A stretch of 64,000 nt of DNA from Marsupella aquatica (taxonomy: Eukaryota; Plantae; Marchantiophyta). The position numbers and the translations under genes are program-made. Positions within the stretch are counted from its first letter, which is position 1; each line of letters begins with the position of its first letter. Location: the NCBI GenBank assembly GCA_973895155.1, contig OZ316896.1, positions 13,819,542-13,883,541 of the forward strand, in the 5' to 3' direction. The notes under the pieces are model-generated. The model was not told where the DNA came from. It made no database searches and saw nothing but the letters and a program-made list of their open reading frames with translations. Positions 39,473 to 51,340 of this stretch are shown here, piece by piece.

Positions 39473-40417
39473 ATGGCGTCGATGTCGTCGCTCTCGGTGC
39501 ACGCCATAGCTCAGCTTACATCGCGGCAGCATTCGGCCGAGATCTTCTCGTCGTCGGCTTCGGCTTCGGCTTCGTCCTCGTTCTACTTCTCTCAGCAGCA
39601 GAAATTGCACCGTCTGCCGCAGTTGCTGGTGGGGAAGAAGAAGAATGAGTCGTCGCGCAGTGGGATTACTGCTGTCCCAGCCATCGCGGCTTTAGCTGTC
39701 GCAGCAGGGGCTCAAAAATCATCCACGGATGTCCCGACGGTGGCAGATACGAAGCGAGCATTCTTGGATGCGTACAAGAGGCCCGTGCCCAGCATTTACA
39801 GCAACGTGGTGCAGGAGCTGCTCGTGCAGCAGCACCTGATGCGGTACAATGCCACTTACCAATACGATGCAATTTTCGGTCTGGGGTTTGTGACGGTGTT
39901 CGAGCAGCTGTTTGACGGCTTCCCGAGCACCGAGGACAGGGATCTAATTTTCAAGGCGTACGTGGGTGCGCTGAAGGAGGATCCGGAGCAGTATAAGGGC
40001 GATGCCAAGAAGCTGGAGGAATGGGCCAAGCAGCAATCTGGGACGTCGGTGGTGTCCTTCGGCGACAGAGACGGAGAAGTGGAAACCCTTCTGAAAGATA
40101 TTGCCGAGCGAGCTGGAGGGAAGGGCAATTTCCACTACAGTCGATTTTTTGCCATTGGACTTTTTCGCCTGCTCGAACTCGCCAAAGCGTCCGATCCCGC
40201 AATTCTCGAGATGTTCGCCAAGGCTGTTAACGTCAATAAGTTGAGCATAGACAGGGACCTCGACGTATACCGAAATCTTCTGTCTAAGCTGGCGCAAGCC
40301 AAGGACCTCTTGAAAGAGTATCTTGACAGAGAGAAGAGGAAGCAAGGTGAGAGGGAGGCAGAGAAGGCTGCAGGCGCATCCAAAATTGAAGTCACTACGG
40401 AGGCGAAGTCCGAATGA
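39473..40417 (+). CDS. THF1: THYLAKOID FORMATION 1 / Psb29, single coding exon, 314 aa
   Basis: VPTVADTKRAFLDAYKRPVPSIYSNVVQELLVQQHLMRYN, YDAIFGLGFVTV, FHYSRFFAIGLFRLLE, DRDLDVYRNLLSKL. Ser-rich transit-peptide-like N-terminus. Confidence 0.95.
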   Translation: MASMSSLSVHAIAQLTSRQHSAEIFSSSASASASSSFYFSQQQKLHRLPQLLVGKKKNESSRSGITAVPAIAALAVAAGAQKSSTDVPTVADTKRAFLDAYKRPVPSIYSNVVQELLVQQHLMRYNATYQYDAIFGLGFVTVFEQLFDGFPSTEDRDLIFKAYVGALKEDPEQYKGDAKKLEEWAKQQSGTSVVSFGDRDGEVETLLKDIAERAGGKGNFHYSRFFAIGLFRLLELAKASDPAILEMFAKAVNVNKLSIDRDLDVYRNLLSKLAQAKDLLKEYLDREKRKQGEREAEKAAGASKIEVTTEAKSE

Positions 40418-42719
40418 ATGAATGCATGAGAGAGCGAGACAGCGAGGGCGTCATTTTCCAAGGGCAGGAATTCTTCATCCATCCTTCCTTGTGTTTGTGC
40501 GAAGAAGAATCGTAAATACCATTTTTTTCTATAACTGGCTTTCAACCATGCATTTGGTTACTGACCTCTGGTTTTTCAGCTCGACAAGTACTCTATTTTA
40601 GGGCACGGGTCATAGAACGGATATTAGAATCTGAAGCTGTTTTCTTTTCGGCATCTCACCTGACCTCCTGTAGTGGCAGTCCAAAACTGAAATTTGCCCT
40701 CAAGTTACTTAAGGCTTTGAGAAATCTAGTTAACTTGTACTATGGAAGCTGTAATGCTTGAATTAATCAAGCAATGCTGGATAGAGATATTTCATGATGA
40801 ATGTCGTCCACCTCTGGTGATAAATGGGTCTGTTACATGTCGGTCGATTCATGCAAGTTGTAAAATGATGTTCTCCGTGCTCCGTTGATGAGAGGATCAG
40901 AAGGAGAAAGGAGAAGGTTTTTCAAATTTCCTTTAAGTTGACTTCTCTATCGCTTATTTTGTGCATATAAGTTGCATGCATAAGCTTCGTGTACTACCGA
41001 AATGTACAGTTCGAAATTCGATAGCTTGCTGCTTCCTTTGCCACTGTTGCTCTTCATAGGTACCTGAACTTGCCCGGTCCCTTCACTTTGGTTTGTCTCA
41101 AATTGCTATGGTCTGCAAGGTCTCTGTTGTGATCGTCTTCGGCGTATTTGTTTATTTTGACTTGTCTTCCTTCGGACGATCGAAGAGTTGATGGTTTAGA
41201 CCTAAGCTAGTTTGAATTTTGTGTCCTGATTGTTACCATTGTTACAAACCTTTGTAACAATTTGGACTTACACAATTTTAGGCGGTGTTGCTTTCAATTC
41301 TGCTTAGTTTACAAATTTTAGCCTGGTTAAGTCAGACCGTGCTCCCGGATCAAGGACTCGAACAGTGTTTCCTGCACCGTGTATCAGACATCGACTGGAC
41401 TCACGATAAAAATAAAACCCACGGGGTCCCACGGTTGATGATATCAATCCCTGATTGGTAGTGGAGCTTCGAATCGCCGTGAAGCGGAGTTTGGATAGAC
41501 GTTTGGGGTTCGAATTGGGATTGGAAGTTGAGTTGAGTTGACGTGACGCAGAGTTTAGGATAAATCACTGCTTTCGACACGTCTTGGGAGTGGTGGATTC
41601 GAAGTGACGCGACGATGACACCCAAAGCTAAGGCTTGTACGCAAAACCATCAGCTTCAATTGGATGAGGTGAAGAGCCAGTAATTTCTGGGGTTGACTTG
41701 TGGTGGGGTCACAAACACTTTCCTGGAGCGCAGCAACATCCAACGTACGCTTGCTTCCACTCAGAATTTGGAAAGTGGAGCCAATTGTAGAGTAAAATCA
41801 GCAGACGAGAGACGGACGATTGCGAAACGGTTGTTAGTGAAAGTTATGTCCAGTCGACGACTGCTTCCAGGAAAGGAGAGGATTTTCAACGTCTGCACCC
41901 CCTTGGCTGCACAATTTCGGTCATGTAACTGAGACTCATGTGAACAAGAGTTCTTGCAGGGGACATGTGCACAGTACATGCTTTCCTTTTGACTCAGTGA
42001 AAGGGGTCAAATTTGGTTTTCTTGCTCTTATCTTCATGCGACAAGGTCAGGCTTTTGCCAGATTTATCCACTTACAGCTTCAATTGAGCTTCTTCTTTTG
42101 TTTTCAAGGCAAACATGGGTTCATCGGGTCTTATCTCACTATGTATAACAGGGCAGATGCTTTCATTCTCCCAGGGCCTTCGGTGAAGGACCAGTCGATC
42201 CTTCTCATATGTGAGTTGGCTGCATGGGTTCTTCGGTCTTGTTTCCTGAATTCATATCTTGCTCTTCGTTATGCTGAGTGAACTGGAGGATGGCTTTTTC
42301 TACTGAAGTGCGTGTCACTCTGCAATTTCAAGATGCATGTGCTTCAGCCACCCCTATGTTTTGTAGATTTTTGCACAACTACTATCGCATCTAAAGATTT
42401 TTCCTCGGACGAGCTCTGTTCTTTCCTACTTACATGTCAATTGAAGGGGGGACAAACTTTCTTCGCAGTATATGGGGGGTAATTGTGCTTTCTCTCTGTT
42501 TGGAGACAATACTTTGTTTGTAAGCTAACGTAGCCACTCATATAACTATTAAAAGTAGGACAGGATTGGAATAGTGATATACTTGAAACTAAATCAAACC
42601 GTGAGACTATAGTATACTTCAAAGACTCGCAACCTGAACTTGGTTTTTTTCTGCATCTTGCATTGATTTGCTGATAATTTGAATATCATCAATTCAAGCC
42701 TGTGGTGACAGCCCTTCGT

Positions 42720-43275
42720 GTCTTGTCAAGATTACTTCATTTTAAGTTTATCTAATCTCTTAGTGTGCTCTTTAAAGTCCAAAAACCATTTTTTAGGTGA
42801 TCTCCTCGGTCTTAGTTCTAGCCAATTTCCTAGTGGGCATGATTTCTCGCTTAGTTTCTGGTCAACGTGTCCATTTAGTCTTAACTCATCTTCAGCTCTT
42901 TCAATTTTAAAAGCCTAGTTTACATCATCCCTTGGGTCAAAATGTCTTCATTGTAGTTCTAGCTAATTTTCTTAGTGGAATTCCACAAACCTTGTTCTAT
43001 GGTCTGCTGGTTTAAAAAGTCTTCATATTAGTTCTTGCCCGGAGTGGGCAGCTCAAATTTGCAAACCTGGTTTGGATGATACTTCCTGTCAACATGTCTA
43101 TGGTTTAGTTCTAGCTGAATTCTTATTTGCTCTTTCAAGGTCACAAGCCAACTTTCCAGAGTCATTCTGGTCATCATGTCTTCGTTGTAGTTCTAGCTGA
43201 TATCATAGTTCATTGTCACAAGCCCTGTTTCGACCACTGCCTTTAATTTTCAATCTGATCTCCTATTCTAGCTAG
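42720..43275 (-). repeat. Ancient ~75-bp periodic array, possibly a decayed repeat-protein ORF
   Basis: Core GTCAA.ATGTCTTC.TTGTAGTTCTAGCT recurs about 8 times with 63-82-bp spacing. Confidence 0.6.
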
Positions 43276-43649
43276 AAAAAATTTGTTGTATAATTTAGCT
43301 TTGAGCTATCTAGTACTGAAGCTCCTCATTGTCGTTTGCAAGTTATCCTGTGGGCTTGGGCACTTGGGCTCCATGCTTTGCAAATGATAGTCAAAGAGAA
43401 AAGTAATTGCAAATGAGAGTGAAAGAAAAATATAAATCTAAAACATAGTTAGCCAACAACAACATCATGCTTGGTCCTTTTCTCATTGTTCCTTCTTTCA
43501 ACTGAAAAGGAAATTAGCTATATGTTGACCATTTAGGAAGTGGAGAAAAAAGATGCAAAACAACAAGCTCTAATGGTGGCCTTTCAAATGTTGATGTTCT
43601 AAATGGCTTTGGAACAAAAGGGTACGAGTATCAGTCTTGCAAGGCTCAT

Positions 43650-44400
43650 TCTTGGCTCCATAAACTCCTACCACCCTTGAAATTCATTTTTTCTCCAATG
43701 ATCCACTTTCCTTAAATACATTACAATGTGAAGGCCTTTATCTGAGTTTTAAACTCTATGATCTCTCCTCCTCCTCACTTCCCCTCCTATGCTCCAAAGG
43801 AAAATCCTTAGATGGGCCAACATCAAGATGTAACAATCATTGCCTATGATCAAGACTACCAATACATCCTCTCAATCCAATATACTGGACAAATATCTGC
43901 TCACCCAAGGCTGTCAAAGAAGGTAATTTCATGTGGCAGATGATGTATCACACTAGGTAACTAATACTTGCTGATTTCCTGCATCTATCCCCTCCTATTG
44001 CTACAGAAACTTATGTTGTAACCCCCTCACCAGCCTGGCCTGGGGGTTCCAAGTCTCACAATCCCCAGTCAGTCTTGCCGAGTCTCAAGATTTTAAAAGT
44101 TTATGTAGGGTCAGGGATTAGGCTTGCTAACCCATGGCCTATTCGAGGGCCATGGCTGTAAACCCCTCGGAGACTCAAGCCATAACCTTCTCCAGGCCAT
44201 GGGTTACCCTACACACACATGTTTGGAAAGCATTCAAGACACTACTTTCCATTGCTTTATAGTATTGCACGCCTACAGCAAAACTTGAGAGCTAGGTTTA
44301 GCATATTTAGTAAGAGAGCAGCACCTTACTCCTGAAATCCATTAGTCATGTGCTTTTGGAAGGTGCATCCCAAAATGCAATACTACATCTTAAGGTTGTA
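43650..44400 (+). mobile_element. Degenerate LINE 3' (zf-RVT-like) fragment interrupted by a small element at 44014-44212
   Basis: Frame-broken translation YWTNICSPKAVKEGNFMWQMMYH / TNT..FP ... KSISHVLLE resembles the LINE zf-RVT pattern W..IW....K...F.W...H....TN. Confidence 0.4.
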
Positions 44401-45448
44401 TGGTGGGAATTATGGGCACACTTATAGTCACTATGAGATTACTATAGGCTAAGTTATGTTTTGTTATCTCCTGATTGATGATTGTATGCCTCTATGGCGT
44501 TGACTGCTTTGGCCCCAGTTTTGGCCTTATGTTTCAGTAGGTACTATTTCCTTGCATATAGATGGGCTTTCCCTTCCTTCACTGAGGGTGCTTGGTTTGC
44601 ATGTAGGCTTTCAATCAAATGTCTCTTGATTTAAAGAAAATAAGGAAAAAGTCTACCACAGCCCGGGACCACAGCATCTCTTCCACCTACATTAGCCACA
44701 TTTTAGTGAAGGTGTAGGAATTTTCTGAGGACCTCTTTACCTACAGGAAGAGACTTGATGGGGGCCCTTGACACTAGCCTTCACGCAGTTGCCCAATTTT
44801 GTTTTAAACAGCCACTAGCCATGACAAAACCAGGTTTCACCATTTTGCTAAGTCATGGAGCATGCTGGCACTCTAGAGTAAAAAAGTTAGGTGGTTCCCT
44901 GATCATGTTTGATGATCCCAGAGAGTGATTGACTACGTCTTTGAATAAGGGGATCCATCATGAGAATGGCTCAAGGTTTCTCCAGACAATTAGAATGCAT
45001 GGTTTTTGAGATTCGGGATTGAACCATCTCAAGCGTCTAAGCTGAAAGGCATGGCCTCCTCTGAGTTGTTTTCCCTGCAGGGGCCACATCAAGTCGTTTG
45101 TTACTTGGTCCATCAAACCTCAAAGGAAACAACCAATGAAAGCAAGGAAATTTTGAAGAAACTTCCAAAAGTCTAAGGCTGGGAATTTCCAAATCCAAAG
45201 TGGGAACCCCTGCAGTGTGGTCCAGCCCAGGTGGCCAGAGGATTGGGACTTGCTGCCAGTAGGTCTTAGGTTCACACCCTCCTCTCCCAATAGATGTGGG
45301 GAGGGTTGGATTGTGTGGGGCGAAGGCCAAGCAATAAAACGGGGTGAGTAGGGCTGAGCTTATCCAAGTGAACTTATACCATTTCATCACTTTGGACTGC
45401 TGAGATTGCATATGCAACAAAAATATGGGCACAAGAAATGGAGTCCAG

Positions 45449-45785
45449 AAACAATTGACTTAGGTCAATTGGCTAGGGGATTTGCCTGGAACTGAGAGGT
45501 CCCAGGTTCAATCCCCCCTCCACACACTGGGGTGTGGAGGGTATTTGTGTGTGGGTGGGATGAGTTTTGTGGGTAGTGGATTGGAGTTCTGATTATCTGC
45601 TCGGCCCCTGGTCGTCCACTTTGTGGCCCTGATTTAATCCTCTCTCCTTCCTGGTGCGGGTCCCTGTCGGATCCGTTGGGGCTCACCCTGGTCTGGGTTC
45701 CCTACAGAAATATTGTCACATTGGGATGGGGGGAGTCTAATTGTATTTCCTCCCCATTTCCGTTCAAGACAAAAAAAATAAAAAA
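45449..45785 (+). mobile_element. tRNA-derived SINE, ~335 bp, with target-site duplication
   Basis: A box TAGGTCAATTGG (45461), B box GGTTCAATCCC (45505) and an A-rich tail at 45771-45785. Flanking direct repeat AAAT(T)GGAGTCCAG at 45436-45448 and 45783-45796. Confidence 0.8.
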
Positions 45786-47354
45786 TTGGAGTCCAGGGCC
45801 CTGAATATGAATTTTTTAACTACCTACTTGGAACATTCTATAGCTAGCTCAGCCCCAGCCCAAGCCCCACCTATTTTGTAGGAGGGAGATGAAGATGACT
45901 CTACACTTATCATAAAAGGTTGATGCGTTTGTCCCTTCACTGAAAGGGAAATCTTGTGCATCGCACTGAAATTGATGGTTTCAACGGGACCCAATTTGCT
46001 ACCCAATTGTGTCCATATTATTAGATGATCCGAATCCTTTCTTTATGAAGGCTCAAACGTATAAACTTTATGATGGGAGAAAAGAACAACGAGCTGTAAG
46101 AAAGATGAAAATCGGTTCCATGTTCGTCGGGTTACGTGAACTTTAATCCAACAAAGTGATGATTTCATATCAAGAAAAGAAAATTCGTTAGCTTATAACA
46201 CAAAATTGACATACAGATGGTCAAAGGTGAAGATCCAAGAGAAAAGTTGAGCTCAAAATACTTACGAGGACATAATTATAGCTTTCCACATTGGGTGACT
46301 TTCGGTCATTCCTGTCCATGAGCAACTTTGAGTGAAGCCGAAAAGTCTTCCCATAAACTACACAGTAATATTAAATTCTAATAGATGGACGAACTAGGGG
46401 ACTTGTTCAAAACTTGTTCGACACGGTAATCAAGGAGCAGCAACCTGCCCCCTTCCGTACTCTACTTTTATTGGTTGATTATAATCATAATAATTTCGGT
46501 GTTTGTACTGTACTCTATTATTTATGCATGTTTAGGACCCACCCATCCATATGGTTCTGTCACATCTCAGCCTCGTTGGCGACGGCAGAACAGGAGCCAC
46601 AAAAAGAAATTTAAAAGTGTGAAACTGAACTAAAAGCGGTCTACAGTAATCTGTTGCCCTACGGGAGGAGGACCCAGAGCCAGAGTAAAATAGTAGTGGG
46701 ACAGGGGGAGCAATTTAAGAAGAATCAATGGACTCCAATGCCAAAGTACACCCAACGAGGAAGCTTCTAAGACGACTTATAATATAAAATGAAAATGGCT
46801 CAACAAAGAAAAATAAATATTTTTCATTCACGACAAAAGAAAAAGAAAAAATAAAGGAAACGTCAGAGAGTATGATTGTGTCCCTACTCCCTACCCTTCC
46901 ACCCTTTAAGGGTAGTCTGTGTTTGACCAGGATGGCAGGATTAGTCCTGGTGTCAATATGAGTTGCGAATATTTCAGGACCGTTGGGCCAATGGACCATT
47001 GACACTGTGGATCAGCAATTACCGAGTGAGGGGGCTTTACAAACGTGAGAGGACTAAAATAGAGGGGACGAAAACGTAGATGTCACTTGTGTTTTACCAT
47101 ACTGGTCCATTTAAGACTTTCCCCTGACCAAAAAGATGGTCAGTTGATGCATTTAATACGTTGTTGTTATCTGGGTTCGGGCCAGAAATAAATAATTCTT
47201 TAATTTGGGGCTTGAATCACAAACCTCAATTTATTTATTTTCACATTTTCGAAGAACATTTTAGCATCTCGATGTAAACACTGTCTTTTTCACTATATAC
47301 ATTAGTTTTAAATTCAGAAACTAAATAGCAGAATAAATATTTGAATAATTTTCT

Positions 47355-48788
47355 AATTAATTTTTACTGACCCCATGAGAGGTCCCTTCCAAAATTCTTG
47401 GCACCAAAGTGTGTCATGTCAACAACCATAACAAACAAGACTAATGAATTTTGTGAATCAAACTTACATTTTTCATTTGTGTTTGCATCAATTTTGGTGT
47501 AAATTTTGGGACACCATGCCATAAACAAATATATATAAATTTAGAAATGCAAAGAGCAAGATATGTAAACCTGTCACTATGTAACTCTAAGTGTCCAATT
47601 TTAAAAATTAGATTCAAAGATTTAAAAAGTATTTTTATATAATAAACAATGACTAATAACTAACTTGATAACTTTTTTATTAAAGGGTAATTGGCACATG
47701 GAGTAAGATTTCTAGCCTTTTGCAATTTAGGCAAACTGCCAACTATGGTCGGAATTTGAACTCAATAAATTGATACAATTCATTTGATCAGACATTGATC
47801 TGGTTTCAAATGGACTTGCCACGGATTGACTATTGACTCTTGTAACTTGAGAATTTGGTTGCATGTAGTGACAATTGTAAGCCTGATTTTGACAATTGCT
47901 TGTGATAACCATGCTGTAGACTTTGGCCTACAAAGCAAAGTATTGCAAAAAATGTCAAACTGCTCGGGCCATGGCTAAATGGGTCCACAATTGATTTTGT
48001 GAGAAAATCTAATCGAAACAATGCAAGCTGTAAAACCTATCATATTTGTCCAACACAACAGGACTACTAGCTTCTCTTCCTAATCAGACTTCTATCTTCT
48101 GAAAACTTAGGCGTTGCCCTTTTCCATTTGGTGAATAGTTGCGTCAAGGTCATGAGGCTATTACCCTCTAATTCAAAACTTGCCAAATTCAGACTTCAGT
48201 GAAATTTCCAGATTTCCAATTATTTGAAAGTATATTGACAAATTGGGCAACAAATATACTACAAAGGGGACTCAGCTACTAGAAAGCTTAGGGTTCCTTG
48301 TTGAGAAAAGCAGATTTGTCAATTGATCTAGAGAAAATAGTCTTCTCAACTCAAATGAGTGCCCAAGGCAATTTAGTGGTCAAATGTAGTGTCATCCAAT
48401 GCCCAAATCAACTAACTGTAAACAAAATTGTGCCTTGGGTTTATTTAATTAATGTTCTAAAATTAGTGAAAATATCTCAAAGGTCTTAAGTGTTTTATGT
48501 GTGCTAGCAGAGCATTATGGACCATATTAGCCTCTCAAAATGCAAGTTAAAGGCCCTTATTTTCCTGGTCATTGTGAAGAAGATAATTGCAAAATCACAT
48601 TTGTATGAGGCAATCTTTCCTATACTTTCATTAAAATTTGTAAAACTATCTCATCATAATAATCTGAGATACCATAGCATTTTGGACCATAATAGTCTCT
48701 CACAACTTGAGTTAAAGCTAATATTACATACATTCTTTTTACTCAAACAAGGCCTAAGAAATGTAGCCAGGGGGTCCACAAACTAATT
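47355..48788 (-). mobile_element. ~1.45-kb non-autonomous element, copy B
   Basis: Reverse complement of 34787-36331; for example, the peptide SPFETRSMSDQ appears in both ORF-track entries 35738+ and 47727-. Ends are AATTAATTTTTACTGACCCC and GGGGTCCACAAACTAATT. Confidence 0.85.
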
Positions 48789-49021
48789 TATATTTGTTTG
48801 TGGGCAAACTGGGTTGGCACTAGGGTATTGTATTGAAAGAATGGGAAGAGACCCCAGGAGAGCCTTTCCAAATCCACCTCAAAGAAGGAAAGGACTTAAA
48901 AAGGCCCCTTGAGCATCTTATGGACTTAATGGACCACAAAGATGCACTTAGAACTTGACCAGGCCCCTCAGACGGTCGGCCATAAAACATAAAATGTATG
49001 AAGTTTTCTGCAGTTTTCTAC

Positions 49022-49561
49022 TTTGGGTTTGCCCCTGCTACACGAGGCACCACTACTTGACTCGGGGCGCCACAAAACCTTCAAAATGTTAAAACCTCAA
49101 TAATTTATTGGATGACTAATTGAATTCTATTTTAACCTAAAATTGTTTGGTGTGATCTCTAACATTCAAGTTACCTACTGGAAAATGTTGAGACTATTAG
49201 GACACATCAAAACTCAATCCTAGATACTTGAACAGCACTATTTTACAAACTGCAATCTACAATTATGCACTTTCTGTAGGTACCTAATTTGAATAAGTTA
49301 ACAGACTCTAAGTGACTCATAAAAGTATAATGCTTCAGCAAAAGAGATGCTTTCCTAAGTGTAGATTTTTGAGGATCTAAGATTGAATGTTAGGAGATGC
49401 TTGAAGCTTGAGTAAGAGATCACACCAAACGATTTTGAGTTCAAACAGAATTTACGTCATCATCCTTTCCAAACATTAGATTTATCAAATATTAACATTT
49501 GGTAGGTTTTGTGGCGCTCTGAGTCAATTAGTGGCACCCTGTGTAGCCAGGCGGACCCAAC
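49022..49561. mobile_element. Foldback element with long (~150 bp) imperfect inverted arms (MULE-MITE-like)
   Basis: TTGACTCGGGGCGCCACAAAACCT and AAATTGTTTGGTGTGATCTCT on the left pair with AGAGATCACACCAAACGATTTT and AGGTTTTGTGGCGCTCTGAGTCAA on the right. Confidence 0.75.
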
Positions 49562-50429
49562 AATGACTGCGGCAAACAAAACTTGGTGAAAACACATTGG
49601 CATTTGGGTGGACCCACTTAAGTCCAGTACAAGTAGGAGAATTCTTGTATAAGTCACCTCTCAATTTCATGTAACACCAAAGTGATGGGTCAATTTTTGT
49701 CATCTCTTTTTGTATAGGCCCCTTGAGTTTTTTGGCACTCCCAAGAGTCCCACGTCATTGACAATTGCCTCCTGACTCAACTTTGAAGAAACAGCAGCTG
49801 GGGCTAGAGGATGGTAATATTTTGAAATTGCAGCATTAATTTGGGCAGGTTAGATTGGAGAGGGCCAAAACTGATTGTCCAAAGGCCACAAGGTAAGTCA
49901 AAATTCCTTCTCTCCAACAGCCAGTGGTTGACAAAATTTAATTAAGAAAAGGGAAGTGTTTTGGCCAGAGCTTAGCAACCCTGTTGGTTATCAGTTGTCA
50001 ATATCAGGTATCAATGGTTTATATTAGTCATTTGTGTGTGGAATATTCCTACTCAGCAAGGCCTCAAAGATGAGTCACTGGGACTACCGAGTTGAAAAAG
50101 TGACTCAAGGAGGTCAGCTAAGAGGAAGATTGAAGCTGACCACCAAACTAACAATCAAGTTTGGCTAGGCCACCAAGCTTCACTGAAATGGGGAATTGGA
50201 TAACTCACAGTACTAACAAATTCTTATGGCCAGGGCCTCGAGCAGGGCCTGAGGATATAGACTTCCTATAACATAGTGGGTCCAGTTGCTCAATTCATTA
50301 TTAGCATATTTAATTAATCCTTTTCTAACTTTCTTAGTCTCTCACTTTGTAAGGTCTCCTATGTTTAGCCAATCTTTCTTCCGCCAATTTTCTACCATGC
50401 TCATCAAAGAGATCACATTTCTTCATTTC

Positions 50430-51340
50430 CAGTCCTTCCCTGACTAGCATCTCCCCTGTTTTCAAATGACTCCAAGAGAAAATCATTCCTCCCAGATGTT
50501 ATATGTTGTCCAAGCAATCTCAAATGACCAATAGTGATTTCTCAGGATGGGACATGGCTGGGTGTTTGGGACAGTGTCATTTTAAACATCAAGGTTGTTG
50601 CATTGGTATATGAAGTCAGCTTTCATCGCAACTCTGCCTGGTTGTCTTGCCATGTTTACTTTGGAAGGTTGGAAACAAGCTTGAATCTCTCTTGGCCTGC
50701 AAAGATTGTCACGGGGCCTCATACTGTCATGGAGAACATTGTAAGATTGTTGCAGACCTATGGAGACTTGTTTGTAGTTGACATTGTCACTAAGATGATT
50801 TTGTTTGGAGTTGATGTTGCCCAGGTCTTTGGAGGGACACAAAGGGGTGTGGTGCAGTCTGTACTTTTCAAAAAACCTTATAGCATTGATATCCACTATT
50901 GCTCACCAAACAGATCTTGTTGTTTGATAAATTGCCCATAATTGCAAAGATTGACAGTCTTGAGACCTCTATCCATGTATCATTCATTGAAGCACACATC
51001 AAGTTTGTACGATTATCATAGAAGATTGAGATGAGATGAGAGGATACAGAATCTTGAAAGAATGTGAAGAGTCGGTGGATAGTTGTTATCATATGGAACC
51101 CATGGCTTGAGTTCTGAAAGAGCTCATTGGGAAGGAAAATGAGCATTGATAGGGCTATCAATGTTGTTGCTCACCCTAACTTGGGTTTGTTGCTTGATTT
51201 GCAAACCTCTCTTAGTGTGCCTTGCATTTTGACAGAGTGCAACATCATTTTCCAATACTTCTGGTTTATTTGGGGGAATAAACAATTTGTTTATAATTGC
51301 TGTAGTCATTTGGTGCAAGTTGATGATAGGGATTGCTTAG
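50430..51340 (+). pseudogene. Decayed hAT (ZNF862-like) transposase fragment
   Basis: Frame-broken motifs in the expected order: SDFSGWDMAGC, AWLSCHVY, YGDL..DIVTKMILFGVDVAQVFGGTQRGV (cf. KLVCFGADGA.VFQG...GV), PYSIDIH.C (cf. P...GIHC.AHR), LKNVKSRWI (cf. RNVKTRW), KMSID...NLGLLLDLQT. Confidence 0.7.

Noticed and set aside
41229-41252. miRNA hairpin (ATTGTTACAAA-CC-TTTGTAACAAT)
   Set aside because: An 11-bp stem is too short for a precursor.
41330-41410. tRNA or SINE on the minus strand (GTTCGAGTCC B-box-like motif)
   Set aside because: No cloverleaf, convincing A box, tail or TSD.
42720-43275. CRISPR array
   Set aside because: The repeats are degenerate, the intervals are related to each other, there are no cas genes, and the context is a plant nucleus.
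45449-45525. Functional tRNA gene
   Set aside because: The stems do not pair; this is the head of a SINE.
34787-48788. A single 14-kb Pack-MULE as an established call
   Set aside because: Each arm has its own TIR-like ends and there is no outer TSD; kept only as a hypothesis in the findings.
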